From a virus (Duplodnaviria > Caudoviricetes), in the IMG/VR virus record IMGVR_UViG_3300036770_005357: a stretch of DNA of 64,000 nucleotides. One strand, given 5' to 3'. Shown here in pieces: positions 23,270-32,999 of this stretch. A program made the position numbers and the translations under genes. The notes below the pieces were generated by a model. That model was not told the DNA's origin. It did not search any database and saw only the letters and a program-made list of their open reading frames with translations. Each line of letters begins with the position of its first letter. Position 1 is the first letter of the stretch.

Positions 23270-23594
23270 AACTAATTATAATGTAAAAACGGCCGGTTGG
23301 ACTATGGATGTGTATGTGGATGAAGATATATTTGACGATCCGCATGTAGAAGCTTGTACAGTCAGTATTGAAAGTAAAATACTGGGACTTGAAGAAGGTA
23401 ATGACTTCTTGGTAAATCCAGTTATGTTGGTAAGATCACTGAAAAGAAAGAATGCTAAAACTAAGATTATAAATACATATAAGGTATTATTAAATGCTGG
23501 TTTACCCAAACGAGCTGAAATGTTACGACGAGTATTTTACATGAGTACACAAGTAGATTTAGCACACGAACCACTATCAGCATCTAAGATATAA
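23259..23594 (+). CDS. Hypothetical protein
   Basis: ORF track, overlapping stop/start. Confidence 0.65.
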   Translation: MPNKTNYNVKTAGWTMDVYVDEDIFDDPHVEACTVSIESKILGLEEGNDFLVNPVMLVRSLKRKNAKTKIINTYKVLLNAGLPKRAEMLRRVFYMSTQVDLAHEPLSASKI

Positions 23595-24325
23595 TGGATC
23601 CATCTGATATAGAAAAGAGACTACAAGAACTTGAACAACTTAAAACACAAGTTCAAGAACTTCTTAGCTTGAGTCAAATGGGTCAAGATGTTCGTCAAGA
23701 ATTAGAACAATTCAAGATACTACAATCTAAAGGTGTTACTATTCCACATTTAGAAAAACAGTTTGCAGATACACTGTATCCCAAACGAAAGACTCATAGT
23801 AGCAAACAAAAACCATTCTTACAATCGGAAATCCAAGAAGCAATAGATAGAGCACCGAGTGCTAAAAAAGCTGCTAGACTATTGGGTATAAGTTATATTA
23901 CATTTAAGAAATATGCTAAAACATATGGTATACATGTAACTAAGGGATGGCCTGTAAAGAAAGGTGTATGTTGTAGAGGACCAATAGATCCTAAAAAAGG
24001 TAAATTCCCAATACAAGATATATTAGACGGTAAACATCCAGATTTCCCAATACATAGACTCAAAGATAAATTGATAAGAAGTGGTATTAAACAGGCTGAA
24101 TGTGAACAATGTGGATATAAGGAAAGAAGATTGACAGATGGAAAGATACCATTATTGCTTAATTTTGAGGACGGTAACAATAAAAATCATAAAATAGAAA
24201 ATATAAGATTACTTTGTTATAATTGTACATTTACATGTGGTAAAGGTTATATAAGCAAAGGACCAAAAATATTTGATCCAGATACATTACAAGATAGTAA
24301 AAAGATACTTAAACAAAGATTCTAA
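23594..24325 (+). CDS. HTH + degenerate HNH-like Zn-finger protein
   Basis: SAKKAARLLGISYITFKKYA (HTH). CEQC..LLLNFEDGNNKN..NIRLLCYNC has Asn in place of the catalytic His. Confidence 0.65.
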   Translation: MDPSDIEKRLQELEQLKTQVQELLSLSQMGQDVRQELEQFKILQSKGVTIPHLEKQFADTLYPKRKTHSSKQKPFLQSEIQEAIDRAPSAKKAARLLGISYITFKKYAKTYGIHVTKGWPVKKGVCCRGPIDPKKGKFPIQDILDGKHPDFPIHRLKDKLIRSGIKQAECEQCGYKERRLTDGKIPLLLNFEDGNNKNHKIENIRLLCYNCTFTCGKGYISKGPKIFDPDTLQDSKKILKQRF

Positions 24326-24339
24326 ACTATTTAATATTA

Positions 24340-24798
24340 ATGATTAACGAATTTCAACATCTTTTAACTAAGCACGGTATTCTTACTTCATTTAATATCG
24401 CTAAAAGGATTAAAAAATCTCAAATCAATACAATAAGAAAACGATTAGAAAAGAAGGGTTTAAATGCTGAAACTATAGAAGAAGAAATTGATAAACAAAT
24501 TATTAATAATACCAAAAAATTTTTAGAAGAACATGAAATACCGGGTTTAGAGCCAGGCAATTCGGAAATTAAAATAAATCCGAAAAAACAAAAAAAGTTG
24601 GTTAAATTATCAAACGACATTACACTGTACTGTGAGTCAAATGATTTTACGAAAGAAGATGTTATAATATTAGTACAAGCAATATTTCACATTCTTAAAA
24701 TAACAAACAGTGATGTACAAAGATTTAAGGAAAAATATAATTTAGATTCGGATAGTGATGATGACTATTTAGATGAAGATGATAATGACGAATTTTAA
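24340..24798 (+). CDS. Hypothetical protein with acidic tail
   Basis: ORF track. Confidence 0.6.
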   Translation: MINEFQHLLTKHGILTSFNIAKRIKKSQINTIRKRLEKKGLNAETIEEEIDKQIINNTKKFLEEHEIPGLEPGNSEIKINPKKQKKLVKLSNDITLYCESNDFTKEDVIILVQAIFHILKITNSDVQRFKEKYNLDSDSDDDYLDEDDNDEF

Positions 24799-24803
24799 TT
24801 TTA

Positions 24804-25922
24804 ATGAAAAATGTTATGGATATTTTAAACATAAATGATAGTTTATCTTTCTTAGATAAAAATAAGAAAGTTGTTTTTGTAACAGGTGTTACTGGACAAG
24901 ATGGCAGTCATATAGTTGATTATCTTCTTAAAAATACGGATCATATCATCATCGGTGGTGTTAGAAGGTTAAGTATTAAAAATCATGAAAATATAAAACA
25001 TCTTGAAAACAATCCAAGGTTTAAAATAGTTAACTTTGATTTAAGTGATGCACATAGTATTAGTAAAATAGTAGAAACGATTAAACCAGACTATTTTATT
25101 AATTTGGCAGCCCAAACATTCGTTGGATCGTCGTGGGATTTTCCAGCCCAAACTTGGGAATGTAATACAACGGGTGTAATTCATATACTAGAAGCAATTA
25201 AACAACATAAACCGAATTGTAGATTTTACAACGCAGGTAGTAGCGAAGAATATGGCAATGTAGAATATACTCCACAAGATGAAAAACATCCATCTAAACC
25301 TCGTAGTCCGTACGGAGCGAGTAAATCAGCTGCTAGACAATTAGTTAAAGTATATCGTGAAAGTTATAATTTATATGCAGTTCAAGGTTTGTTGTTTAAT
25401 CATGAAGGTACTAGAAGAGGTGAAGAATTTGTAACTCGTAAGATCACAAAAGGTGTAGCTAGAATTAAACAAGCTTTGTTGGAAAACAAATCATTTGAAT
25501 CTATAGAATTAGGCAATGTAGATGCAAAACGAGATTGGAGTGATGCTGAAGATTTTGTCGATGGTATATGGTTGATGATGAATCAAAATAAACCAAATGA
25601 ATATGTGCTCAGTAGCAATGAAACACATACAATCCGTGAATTCGTTTCACTCGCATTTAAATATGCTGATATAGGAGGTAATTGGCATGGTAACGGATTA
25701 AGTGAACAATTCAGTATAAGTCATAATGATTATACAACTTACAATCCTAAATCAAGTGTTATGGTTAAAATTAATCCTAAGTTCTTTAGACCAGCTGAAG
25801 TAGATTTATTATTAGGTGATAGTACCAAGGCTAGAACTGAACTGAATTGGAAACCTAAAACAACATTTGAACAATTGGTTCAGAAAATGGTAAAAAATGA
25901 TTTAAATTTAATTGGATTATAA
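24804..25922 (+). CDS. gmd: GDP-mannose 4,6-dehydratase
   Basis: TGVTGQDG, NLAAQTFV, AGSSEEYG, PRSPYGASK, LFNHE..RRGEEFVTRKIT, RDWSDA, FRPAEVDLLLGD. Confidence 0.95.
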   Translation: MKNVMDILNINDSLSFLDKNKKVVFVTGVTGQDGSHIVDYLLKNTDHIIIGGVRRLSIKNHENIKHLENNPRFKIVNFDLSDAHSISKIVETIKPDYFINLAAQTFVGSSWDFPAQTWECNTTGVIHILEAIKQHKPNCRFYNAGSSEEYGNVEYTPQDEKHPSKPRSPYGASKSAARQLVKVYRESYNLYAVQGLLFNHEGTRRGEEFVTRKITKGVARIKQALLENKSFESIELGNVDAKRDWSDAEDFVDGIWLMMNQNKPNEYVLSSNETHTIREFVSLAFKYADIGGNWHGNGLSEQFSISHNDYTTYNPKSSVMVKINPKFFRPAEVDLLLGDSTKARTELNWKPKTTFEQLVQKMVKNDLNLIGL

Positions 25923-25938
25923 TATAGTTATAGGTAAT

Positions 25939-26340
25939 ATGAGTGACACTTATACATTATACAATAATACCGTAATGGATCATTTTATTAACCCACGAAA
26001 TATGGGCGATTTAAAAGATGCTGATGCTATAGGTGAAGTGGGTGCAGCTGCGTGTGGCGATATTATGAAAATAAGTCTTAAGATAGATGAAAAGACTAAT
26101 AAAGTAATTGATGCACGTTTCAAGACCTTTGGTTGCGGTAGTGCTATAGCAGCATCATCTATGGCTACAGAACTTATAAAAGGTAGATCCATAGAAGATT
26201 TAGAAAAGAATTTTGATAATCAACAAATTGTAGATGCTTTAGGCGGTCTTCCACCAGTGAAGATACATTGTAGCGTTTTAGCCAGTGAAGCATTAAATGC
26301 AGCTTTAGAAGATTATAAAAAAAGAAAGGGAATTAATTAG
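25939..26340 (+). CDS. iscU: Fe-S cluster scaffold IscU/NifU-N
   Basis: VMDHF.NPRN.G, ACGDIM, FKTFGCGSAIA, LPPVKIHCS. Start revised from 25912. Confidence 0.93.
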   Translation: MSDTYTLYNNTVMDHFINPRNMGDLKDADAIGEVGAAACGDIMKISLKIDEKTNKVIDARFKTFGCGSAIAASSMATELIKGRSIEDLEKNFDNQQIVDALGGLPPVKIHCSVLASEALNAALEDYKKRKGIN

Positions 26341-26342
26341 TT

Positions 26343-26612
26343 ATGTTTAATAATAAAATTGAAGGAATGAATATACCACAACCAAATGTAAATTTTGGTC
26401 TTAAAGACACACAACCAGTTGTTTGTGCTGAATGTAAAGGTGATGTTTTTCAAAACGGTGTCATCTTTAGAAAAGTAAGCAAGATTCTAGCAGGTACTGA
26501 TAAAGATGCTTTGGTACCAATTAATGTACCATATTGTGTAAACTGTATGGCAGCTTTAGATGAACTGTTACCTACAGAACTCAAGAAACCTAAGTTTACA
26601 TTAGAACAATAA
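26343..26612 (+). CDS. Small Zn-ribbon hypothetical phage protein
   Basis: CAEC..CVNC. Confidence 0.65.
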   Translation: MFNNKIEGMNIPQPNVNFGLKDTQPVVCAECKGDVFQNGVIFRKVSKILAGTDKDALVPINVPYCVNCMAALDELLPTELKKPKFTLEQ

Positions 26613-26616
26613 AATG

Positions 26617-26640
26617 AAACCCGCTGAAAAGCGGGTTTTT
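26617..26640. terminator. Bidirectional intrinsic terminator
   Basis: AAACCCGCT-GAAA-AGCGGGTTTTT between convergent genes. Confidence 0.85.
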
Positions 26641-26642
26641 TA

Positions 26643-28019
26643 TTAAATTTTTTTAGGTATATATTCTAGTGCTTTTAGAACATCGGTGTTTTTATAAGAC
26701 GCCCACATTTGATCATTATCATCGTAATAAGAATGAAAATGATACATATTAAATGTGGGAATTAATTCATAATCTATCAATATATCCGATCCATCTAAAA
26801 ATTCTTTTTCCGCACCAAATTTACCACATATTACTTTATTACCAAATTTTTTAGCAGTGTAACTGCACAGTCCAAATCCTTCTCCTCGATTTAATGTAAA
26901 ATAAACATCAAAATTATTATGTAAACTTTGAATTTCAATCTCACTTAAATCTTGAAAGCAAAAAATTAAATCGGGTGGATTTTTAAAATGTTTAACAATT
27001 TCATTTATTTTATATTTTAACCATTCGGTTTGAGAGGGAATAACATCTTTTAAAGATGTTTTAACAAATAAACAAACATTGTCGTTTTTAGTAAATCTTG
27101 TACAAAAAGTTTTTATCATTTGATCAAGATTTTTCCGTTCAGTATATTGACTTATATTATAATAAACAGTTTTTGTATTTAAAATATTTTCAATTTGAAT
27201 GTCGTGTCTAATAAATTTAGATTCTTTGTACAATCGCATTTTCTCTGTCAAACTTTTAATTGATACTAAATTGTTAATTTCTGGCGGTAAAATATCATAT
27301 TTCCAAATGTGTAAAGGTTTTTCTACTCCTGAATTTTTAAATATTTCATAATTAAATTGTGATGGTATAATCACCTCTTCGACAGCACTTTCATTAATTA
27401 AATTTACCCAATTTTTATTCAGTTTTGTAGTTTCCCACACAGTGCTCGCTAATAATTTTTTGCAAATTATATTTTCATTTTGTATGATTTTTTGCCACTC
27501 GTTCGGCGTTGTTTTAATTATACATGTATCATATTCATTGTTATCAGTCTGTTTATCCAATTTTTCAAAAATATTTTTTTCTGAAATGCATGTGGGTTCA
27601 TAGTTTGATTCAAAATAGTTTTTAACATTCCAGTAAACATCATATTTTTGATTTTGTAATTGATAAATGTAATTTCTACTAGCATAACCGTAACCAGTTT
27701 TATTGTTAGCTGAAATAAAATTAATTATATTACCTTCAATAAAAGATAAATTTGTAAATTTGTGTTCAAACAAAACTTTATAATTCTTCAATCTAACTAT
27801 TTTAAATGTTACATCGTTTTTAAAAAAAGAAAATGGTTTATTTAAACCAGAAAAATATGTAACTTTATTACGAACTTGCGTTAAATCACAATGTAATAAC
27901 GATTTATAAAAATCATCTTCCCAAATAAACATCACAGATTCATTTTCATCAATGCCGTTTACAGTAAATTCAATAAATAATGGATCGGTTTTTTTGCTTA
28001 CTAAAATAATCATGCTCAA
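26643..28019 (-). CDS. GT4-like glycosyltransferase with N-terminal extension
   Basis: TGYGYASRNY, STVWET, ERKNL, RGEGFGL. Confidence 0.8.
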   Translation of the reverse strand: MSMIILVSKKTDPLFIEFTVNGIDENESVMFIWEDDFYKSLLHCDLTQVRNKVTYFSGLNKPFSFFKNDVTFKIVRLKNYKVLFEHKFTNLSFIEGNIINFISANNKTGYGYASRNYIYQLQNQKYDVYWNVKNYFESNYEPTCISEKNIFEKLDKQTDNNEYDTCIIKTTPNEWQKIIQNENIICKKLLASTVWETTKLNKNWVNLINESAVEEVIIPSQFNYEIFKNSGVEKPLHIWKYDILPPEINNLVSIKSLTEKMRLYKESKFIRHDIQIENILNTKTVYYNISQYTERKNLDQMIKTFCTRFTKNDNVCLFVKTSLKDVIPSQTEWLKYKINEIVKHFKNPPDLIFCFQDLSEIEIQSLHNNFDVYFTLNRGEGFGLCSYTAKKFGNKVICGKFGAEKEFLDGSDILIDYELIPTFNMYHFHSYYDDNDQMWASYKNTDVLKALEYIPKKI

Positions 28020-28032
28020 TAATTAGTGAAAA

Positions 28033-28284
28033 TTAACCGAGTAATATTTTTTTATTCTCAGTCTTCTCAGTTAATATACCTAACTTATTCCTAAGCATAT
28101 TTAAAGCTGCTTTAGGTGTCATTCTACCACAGTTAAACCCCAATATATTATATTGTTTACAAAATTCTTCTAATTCACGAATGTCATTTTGATCATATTC
28201 AATCGTAGGAAAACTCTGTGGATCTTCTTCTCGTTGTTTTCTACGCAACAACATTTGATACGGATCAAACGCTGGATAATTCAT
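28033..28284 (-). CDS. Hypothetical protein
   Basis: ORF track. Confidence 0.6.
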   Translation of the reverse strand: MNYPAFDPYQMLLRRKQREEDPQSFPTIEYDQNDIRELEEFCKQYNILGFNCGRMTPKAALNMLRNKLGILTEKTENKKILLG

Positions 28285-28287
28285 AAC

Positions 28288-30447
28288 TCAAAAATAATAA
28301 TTAAAACCAAAATATTCGGTCAAGAATCTTTGTAAGAACGCTGAATTTCTTCCTTTAAGTTCTTTACCACCAGCAAATCTCTTGTACTGATCTTTCATGC
28401 CTTTCAAATCATTTTTAAGAGCAGCTTGAGTAAACTTTGGAAATTTCTTAAGCGTTCCCATGTTAAACACAAAATCAACAAACATTTCCATTTGTTTCTT
28501 ACTTAATGGTCTACCACCCACTTCTTTATTGACTTGACTTAAAGCTTTTTGTAAATCTTTCTTTAACAATGTTTCAGCTTGTACATCAGTTATACCCTTA
28601 CTAAAATCTTCTCCTGGTTGAATTTTATGACCGTATCCAATTGTATCACTACCACCTTCAAAACTTTTGTGTGGAAACCATAAATTTCTCTTTTTATCAA
28701 ATCCTTTCTTACCAGCGTTTTCTACACTCTTTATATAATCTACAAACGATTGATCTAATGTAGCTGTTGATTTTGTAGGTGTAGTTTTTTGAACAGTTTG
28801 TGTTATGCCAGGTCTACTTACCAATTGACGAGATACTTTAATTGGTTTAGCGGCATGTAAACCGCCACCAGTTAAAGCACCCAATCCAATTGCACCGGCA
28901 GCAACCCAGTCTCGCCATCCCTCTTTAAGTTCTTGCGCAAGTTTCACTTCATCCAGCTTTCTACCTTCTGGACCGAAGTGATCTAGGTGGTGATACACAT
29001 CGTCCAAGTATTCACCGGCTAAGTTTAACTTAGCTTTTACCCAATCCTCTAACTCAGTGGTTGGTTGCAACATTGATTCCAACTCTTTAGCATCATTGTT
29101 GATTTGTTTCAACGCACCCATAGCCATGCTACTATTGAACTCTTTCAACAATTGATTCGTTACTTCTTTATAAATTTCTCTTACTGGTTTACTTTTTGTG
29201 TGTTTACCAGCTTGTCTTAACTTTCTAGCTCTACAATGTGCTTTTTGACTAAATCCCTTTGGATTGCTACAATTAATAGTCTTCTTATATTTGTTACTCC
29301 ATTTTTCATCTATTTGATCTATCGGAGTACCAGCTTCCTTTTCATCACGATAAAACTTCAAATAATCTCTTACTGTAGCCACATAATCACAAGCATGATT
29401 CAACTTAGCTTTTACCCAGTCTTCTAAATTATCATCTACACTAAACATTGACTGTAGTTTTTCACTATAATCAATAAGTTTAGTAACATCACTTTGTGCC
29501 ATCTCAGCATTTTCATCCAACGAAGGATCCGACCAACTTGTAGCATCAATCTTACTCTTTTGATGTAACTTACCTAAATCAGAATAATGAAATGCGTATT
29601 TATGTAAATCGTTTAATTTAGCAGTCAATTCCGGAAAGTTCTTACCCAAACCACTCAATACTGCATCTACAACGCTTTGTGTAACAATATCACTTGTAGG
29701 AGTTTTTGCTTTACCAAGCAACTTAATCTTTTCCAATTTACCGATTAATTTCAAAGCAATATTTTTATATGCTTCATATTGTGTATTTTCAGTCATAGCT
29801 TGTAATTTCTTTAATGCTTTGGCATAACTAGCAGGTAATTCCGGAGTACGCATATGTGCCGTTTTGACAAACTCCTTTTCTTTATCGGACAATTTAGAAA
29901 CCCCACTGGTAATCTTTGGCGTAAAACTGTTTACTAGTTTGAATTCACTTGATGGTCCGGTACCCACCATACCCATCTGTATATATGTTTGTTGTTTTGG
30001 AAACTTAGATAAATACTCTAGTAAAGCATTATACTGTTCTTGAGTAATAGAAGTATTCCAAATACCAATAAAATAATAATCTTTGTTCTGTAATTTTACT
30101 ATCCAAGCTCTTCCACTTAAACAAGTTTTTCGTAAAAATTCCATGTTATCTTGTTTACTATACTTTTCTTTACGAATGTCTTGTAATTCTTTACTACCAG
30201 CATAAATCGTTTCGTTGTGATCGGATCCTTTACCACCTTTTAATATTAACTTTTTATCACCGTCATTATATATCAAAAATCCATAACCATTTTCTTCATT
30301 ACCTTTAAATACAGTAGTATACTTGTTGAGGCCCTTTTCAAACACTTTTAATGTAAAACCTCTAGCAGATGGTGGAGTGCCCATCATATCGCCTGGGCCT
30401 CCTACCATATACTCAAAGCTACCAATCTGTATAGGATATGTCTTCAA
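28288..30447 (-). CDS. Modular virion-type protein with duplicated LEDWVKAKL domain and C-terminal GH24-like lysozyme
   Basis: Two MA..L..LEDWVKAKLN repeats, KWSNKYKKTINCSNPKGFSQKAHC module, EG..DTIGYGH..LLKKDL..DFVFNMG..RN lysozyme motifs. Confidence 0.8.
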   Translation of the reverse strand: MKTYPIQIGSFEYMVGGPGDMMGTPPSARGFTLKVFEKGLNKYTTVFKGNEENGYGFLIYNDGDKKLILKGGKGSDHNETIYAGSKELQDIRKEKYSKQDNMEFLRKTCLSGRAWIVKLQNKDYYFIGIWNTSITQEQYNALLEYLSKFPKQQTYIQMGMVGTGPSSEFKLVNSFTPKITSGVSKLSDKEKEFVKTAHMRTPELPASYAKALKKLQAMTENTQYEAYKNIALKLIGKLEKIKLLGKAKTPTSDIVTQSVVDAVLSGLGKNFPELTAKLNDLHKYAFHYSDLGKLHQKSKIDATSWSDPSLDENAEMAQSDVTKLIDYSEKLQSMFSVDDNLEDWVKAKLNHACDYVATVRDYLKFYRDEKEAGTPIDQIDEKWSNKYKKTINCSNPKGFSQKAHCRARKLRQAGKHTKSKPVREIYKEVTNQLLKEFNSSMAMGALKQINNDAKELESMLQPTTELEDWVKAKLNLAGEYLDDVYHHLDHFGPEGRKLDEVKLAQELKEGWRDWVAAGAIGLGALTGGGLHAAKPIKVSRQLVSRPGITQTVQKTTPTKSTATLDQSFVDYIKSVENAGKKGFDKKRNLWFPHKSFEGGSDTIGYGHKIQPGEDFSKGITDVQAETLLKKDLQKALSQVNKEVGGRPLSKKQMEMFVDFVFNMGTLKKFPKFTQAALKNDLKGMKDQYKRFAGGKELKGRNSAFLQRFLTEYFGFNYYF

Positions 30448-30453
30448 GGAATG

Positions 30454-31665
30454 TTACTTCTTCTTTGCAATCTTACTTAATGTTTGTGCTAATCTGGCTC
30501 TCTTACCAAGTTTACCACCCTTCTTAGCAGCTGCAGCTAACTTACCAGCTGGAATTTTTTCACCAGTAGCTACACCAAGTTGTTTATGAAGAGCACCTGG
30601 CTTGCTGATTGCTTTTTGAATCCACTTCTTTTTAGCTTCATCCATTGATTCAGATTCTTCAAAAGTGATTTCATCTACACTTTCACCTTCATCATCCGTT
30701 TGTACTGGCAATTGATCACTACTCATATCAGCTGCTGTATCTTGAGGGGCGTCTTCGGGACTACCTACAGCTTCAGAGTCTTCCGGACCAGCTGGAGTTT
30801 CAGCTTCCGGTTCCGGTTGAAGTTGTGTCATCAACAAGTCATGAAGTTTTTGAGCAAGTTCTTTGTCCAATGTGATGGTAACTGTTTCTTTTTCAGCTTC
30901 TACATCAACCGGATCTTGTTCTTGTTCAACGATTGTTTGTTTAATTAACTTTTTGATAGCTTCTTTTAATTGTTCTTTTTTCATGTTATTTTCCTTGTTT
31001 TCTGCATATCCTACAAAATCATATCCGCTGCCATATGTACCTTGTCCTTCAGGTGATACTTCTGCTGGAAATGGACTTTCAACTGAACCGATAGGGCTTG
31101 ATTCCATATCTTCACTCATTCTCCATCCACCGCCCTTACTCTTATACCATCTAGCAGCCCAAGCATTAGCATAAGCACTTGGATAAACATCAAACTTTGA
31201 TCTAGCAGCCGATTTAGCTCTAGCCCACAAAGCAGGATTGGTTGGTTTAGGTTTCTTTTTACCCTTCTTTTCGTCCAATTCTATATCAATGGTTTTGTTA
31301 ACAATAGGTTCGCTATTTCTACCATCTACTTGACCATTGGATGTTCCGCCTATTTTACCATGCATATTTCCTTTTTTAAATCCACCATTACCGGTTCTAG
31401 CAGCATCATTAAAAGATTGATCCGGATCGCCGAAACCACTATTATGTGAAGGTTTAAATTCGGAAGCTAATCCAGCTTTTACTAATTTTGTATAATACTG
31501 CGGATCTTCCATCAAATGATCTAATGAAATTTCTTTGGCGATTTCGGGATCATTAGTGTGTTCCATTTCAATTTGTATTCCTAAAGAAAGTTGTACAGGA
31601 TCTACTTTAGATGTGTCAGCATTATCACCTACACCTCCGAGCAATTTATTTAAATTGTCAATCAT
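30454..31665 (-). CDS. Modular virion-type protein (DUF5661-like + DUF5872-like + basic C-terminal module)
   Basis: GIQIEMEHT..IA..HL.EDP.YYTKL, KPTNPALW..AK..F.VYPSAYA, KKWIQKAI.KPGAL. Confidence 0.7.
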   Translation of the reverse strand: MIDNLNKLLGGVGDNADTSKVDPVQLSLGIQIEMEHTNDPEIAKEISLDHLMEDPQYYTKLVKAGLASEFKPSHNSGFGDPDQSFNDAARTGNGGFKKGNMHGKIGGTSNGQVDGRNSEPIVNKTIDIELDEKKGKKKPKPTNPALWARAKSAARSKFDVYPSAYANAWAARWYKSKGGGWRMSEDMESSPIGSVESPFPAEVSPEGQGTYGSGYDFVGYAENKENNMKKEQLKEAIKKLIKQTIVEQEQDPVDVEAEKETVTITLDKELAQKLHDLLMTQLQPEPEAETPAGPEDSEAVGSPEDAPQDTAADMSSDQLPVQTDDEGESVDEITFEESESMDEAKKKWIQKAISKPGALHKQLGVATGEKIPAGKLAAAAKKGGKLGKRARLAQTLSKIAKKK

Positions 31666-31861
31666 TTTTTAATCCTTGTTGGAACTTTTCAAAACTCTTA
31701 CCACTATGATAACTAGGATCAATCATCCAAGTTCTACCACGCATTTCGGGATGTCCTTTTGTAGGATCGTGCGGTTTACCATCACCAATATAGTGCCACC
31801 CCTTTTTAAGTGGATCCGGCTTACAATATTCAGGAGGACCATCTTTAGCAAAGTTTCTCAT
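31658..31861 (-). CDS. Hypothetical protein
   Basis: ORF track. Start revised to MRNFAK (31861). Confidence 0.55.
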   Translation of the reverse strand: MRNFAKDGPPEYCKPDPLKKGWHYIGDGKPHDPTKGHPEMRGRTWMIDPSYHSGKSFEKFQQGLKND

Positions 31862-31878
31862 AGTATATATAATAAATA

Positions 31879-32412
31879 TTAACTCCAATTACGACGATTT
31901 AGCTTATCTTTATACATTTGTTGCATAATTTCCGCTATAGCTTTTTCTTGTGGTGTACGAAAATCTTGTGGTTTATCAGATTCATTTTCTTCGTCTACAC
32001 CCAACATTCTTAATTTACTATAATATTGAGGATCTTTCTTTAGATTATTAACGACATTTTGTTTAGCCACTTGTTTATCCTTTAATACGAGTTTTTTCAT
32101 TTCATAGTCTATACCCGCTAAAACTTCATCCGGAGTAACCTTATATTTGACTTGATCCACTCCTTTTTCATAATCTTCCGGATTTTGACCGGTGTACGGA
32201 CCAAATGGAGCAATTACTTGCATAGATTCTTTATCTGTTGCGGTAATCTTGCTTTTATCGGTTAATGTACCGAATTTATCTGGATTTTGAGATATATCGG
32301 GACTACTAAATGTATCCCAATTAGATGCTCCGGTAACAGCACCTCCTTGATTATAAGGCAATCCTTGCATCATTCTATCACCGGTATCACCTAGTTCTTG
32401 TAAGTTAGACAT
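31879..32412 (-). CDS. Hypothetical virion-type protein with DUF5661-like C-terminus
   Basis: GIDYEM..AK..V..NL.KDPQYYSKL. TATTTATA at 32416-32423. Start revised to 32412. Confidence 0.65.
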   Translation of the reverse strand: MSNLQELGDTGDRMMQGLPYNQGGAVTGASNWDTFSSPDISQNPDKFGTLTDKSKITATDKESMQVIAPFGPYTGQNPEDYEKGVDQVKYKVTPDEVLAGIDYEMKKLVLKDKQVAKQNVVNNLKKDPQYYSKLRMLGVDEENESDKPQDFRTPQEKAIAEIMQQMYKDKLNRRNWS

Positions 32413-32441
32413 ATATATAAATATTATATATTTTATTAATA

Positions 32442-32984
32442 ATGACAACAAATGTCTTTAATGAGAAACAAATAGTGTGGCAAGAAGCACTAAATAATTT
32501 TAGTAAAAAAGAAAATTTAATATTTTTAGAAACGGGTCGAATTAGAAACCCAGACTGGAAAACTAGTGATGGAAATTCAACGGATTTTTTCTCAAATCAA
32601 CCGTGTATTAAAAAATGTTATTCAATAGATAACGATTCAGAGAATTTTTCCGGGTTTTCTACAACAGAAGAGTATTGTAGACACATACTAACAAATCATC
32701 AGTTATCTAAAATAATTTTTTTAAACGGCAACTCAGTGGATATTATTAAAAAAATAAACGAAAAAATAGATGTTGTTCTGTTAGATTCTCTGAATGATTC
32801 AGATTTAATCTTTAACGAATTTATTAATATAATAGAAAAAATATCTTCCGAATCTCTAATTATAGTTGATGATGTAAATGATAAAGGTATAAAAGGTAAA
32901 AAAATAATAAAATTACTTGAAAAAAATAATATACCGTTTTTTATAAAAAAGCTAATCCAAATGACTGTTTGTTTTTTTATTTAA
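32442..32984 (+). CDS. Class I SAM-dependent methyltransferase-like
   Basis: FLETG..YSIDND..GNSV..IDVVLLDS..LIIVDD..KG. Confidence 0.75.
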   Translation: MTTNVFNEKQIVWQEALNNFSKKENLIFLETGRIRNPDWKTSDGNSTDFFSNQPCIKKCYSIDNDSENFSGFSTTEEYCRHILTNHQLSKIIFLNGNSVDIIKKINEKIDVVLLDSLNDSDLIFNEFINIIEKISSESLIIVDDVNDKGIKGKKIIKLLEKNNIPFFIKKLIQMTVCFFI

Positions 32985-32999
32985 ATGAAAAATTAGTTT

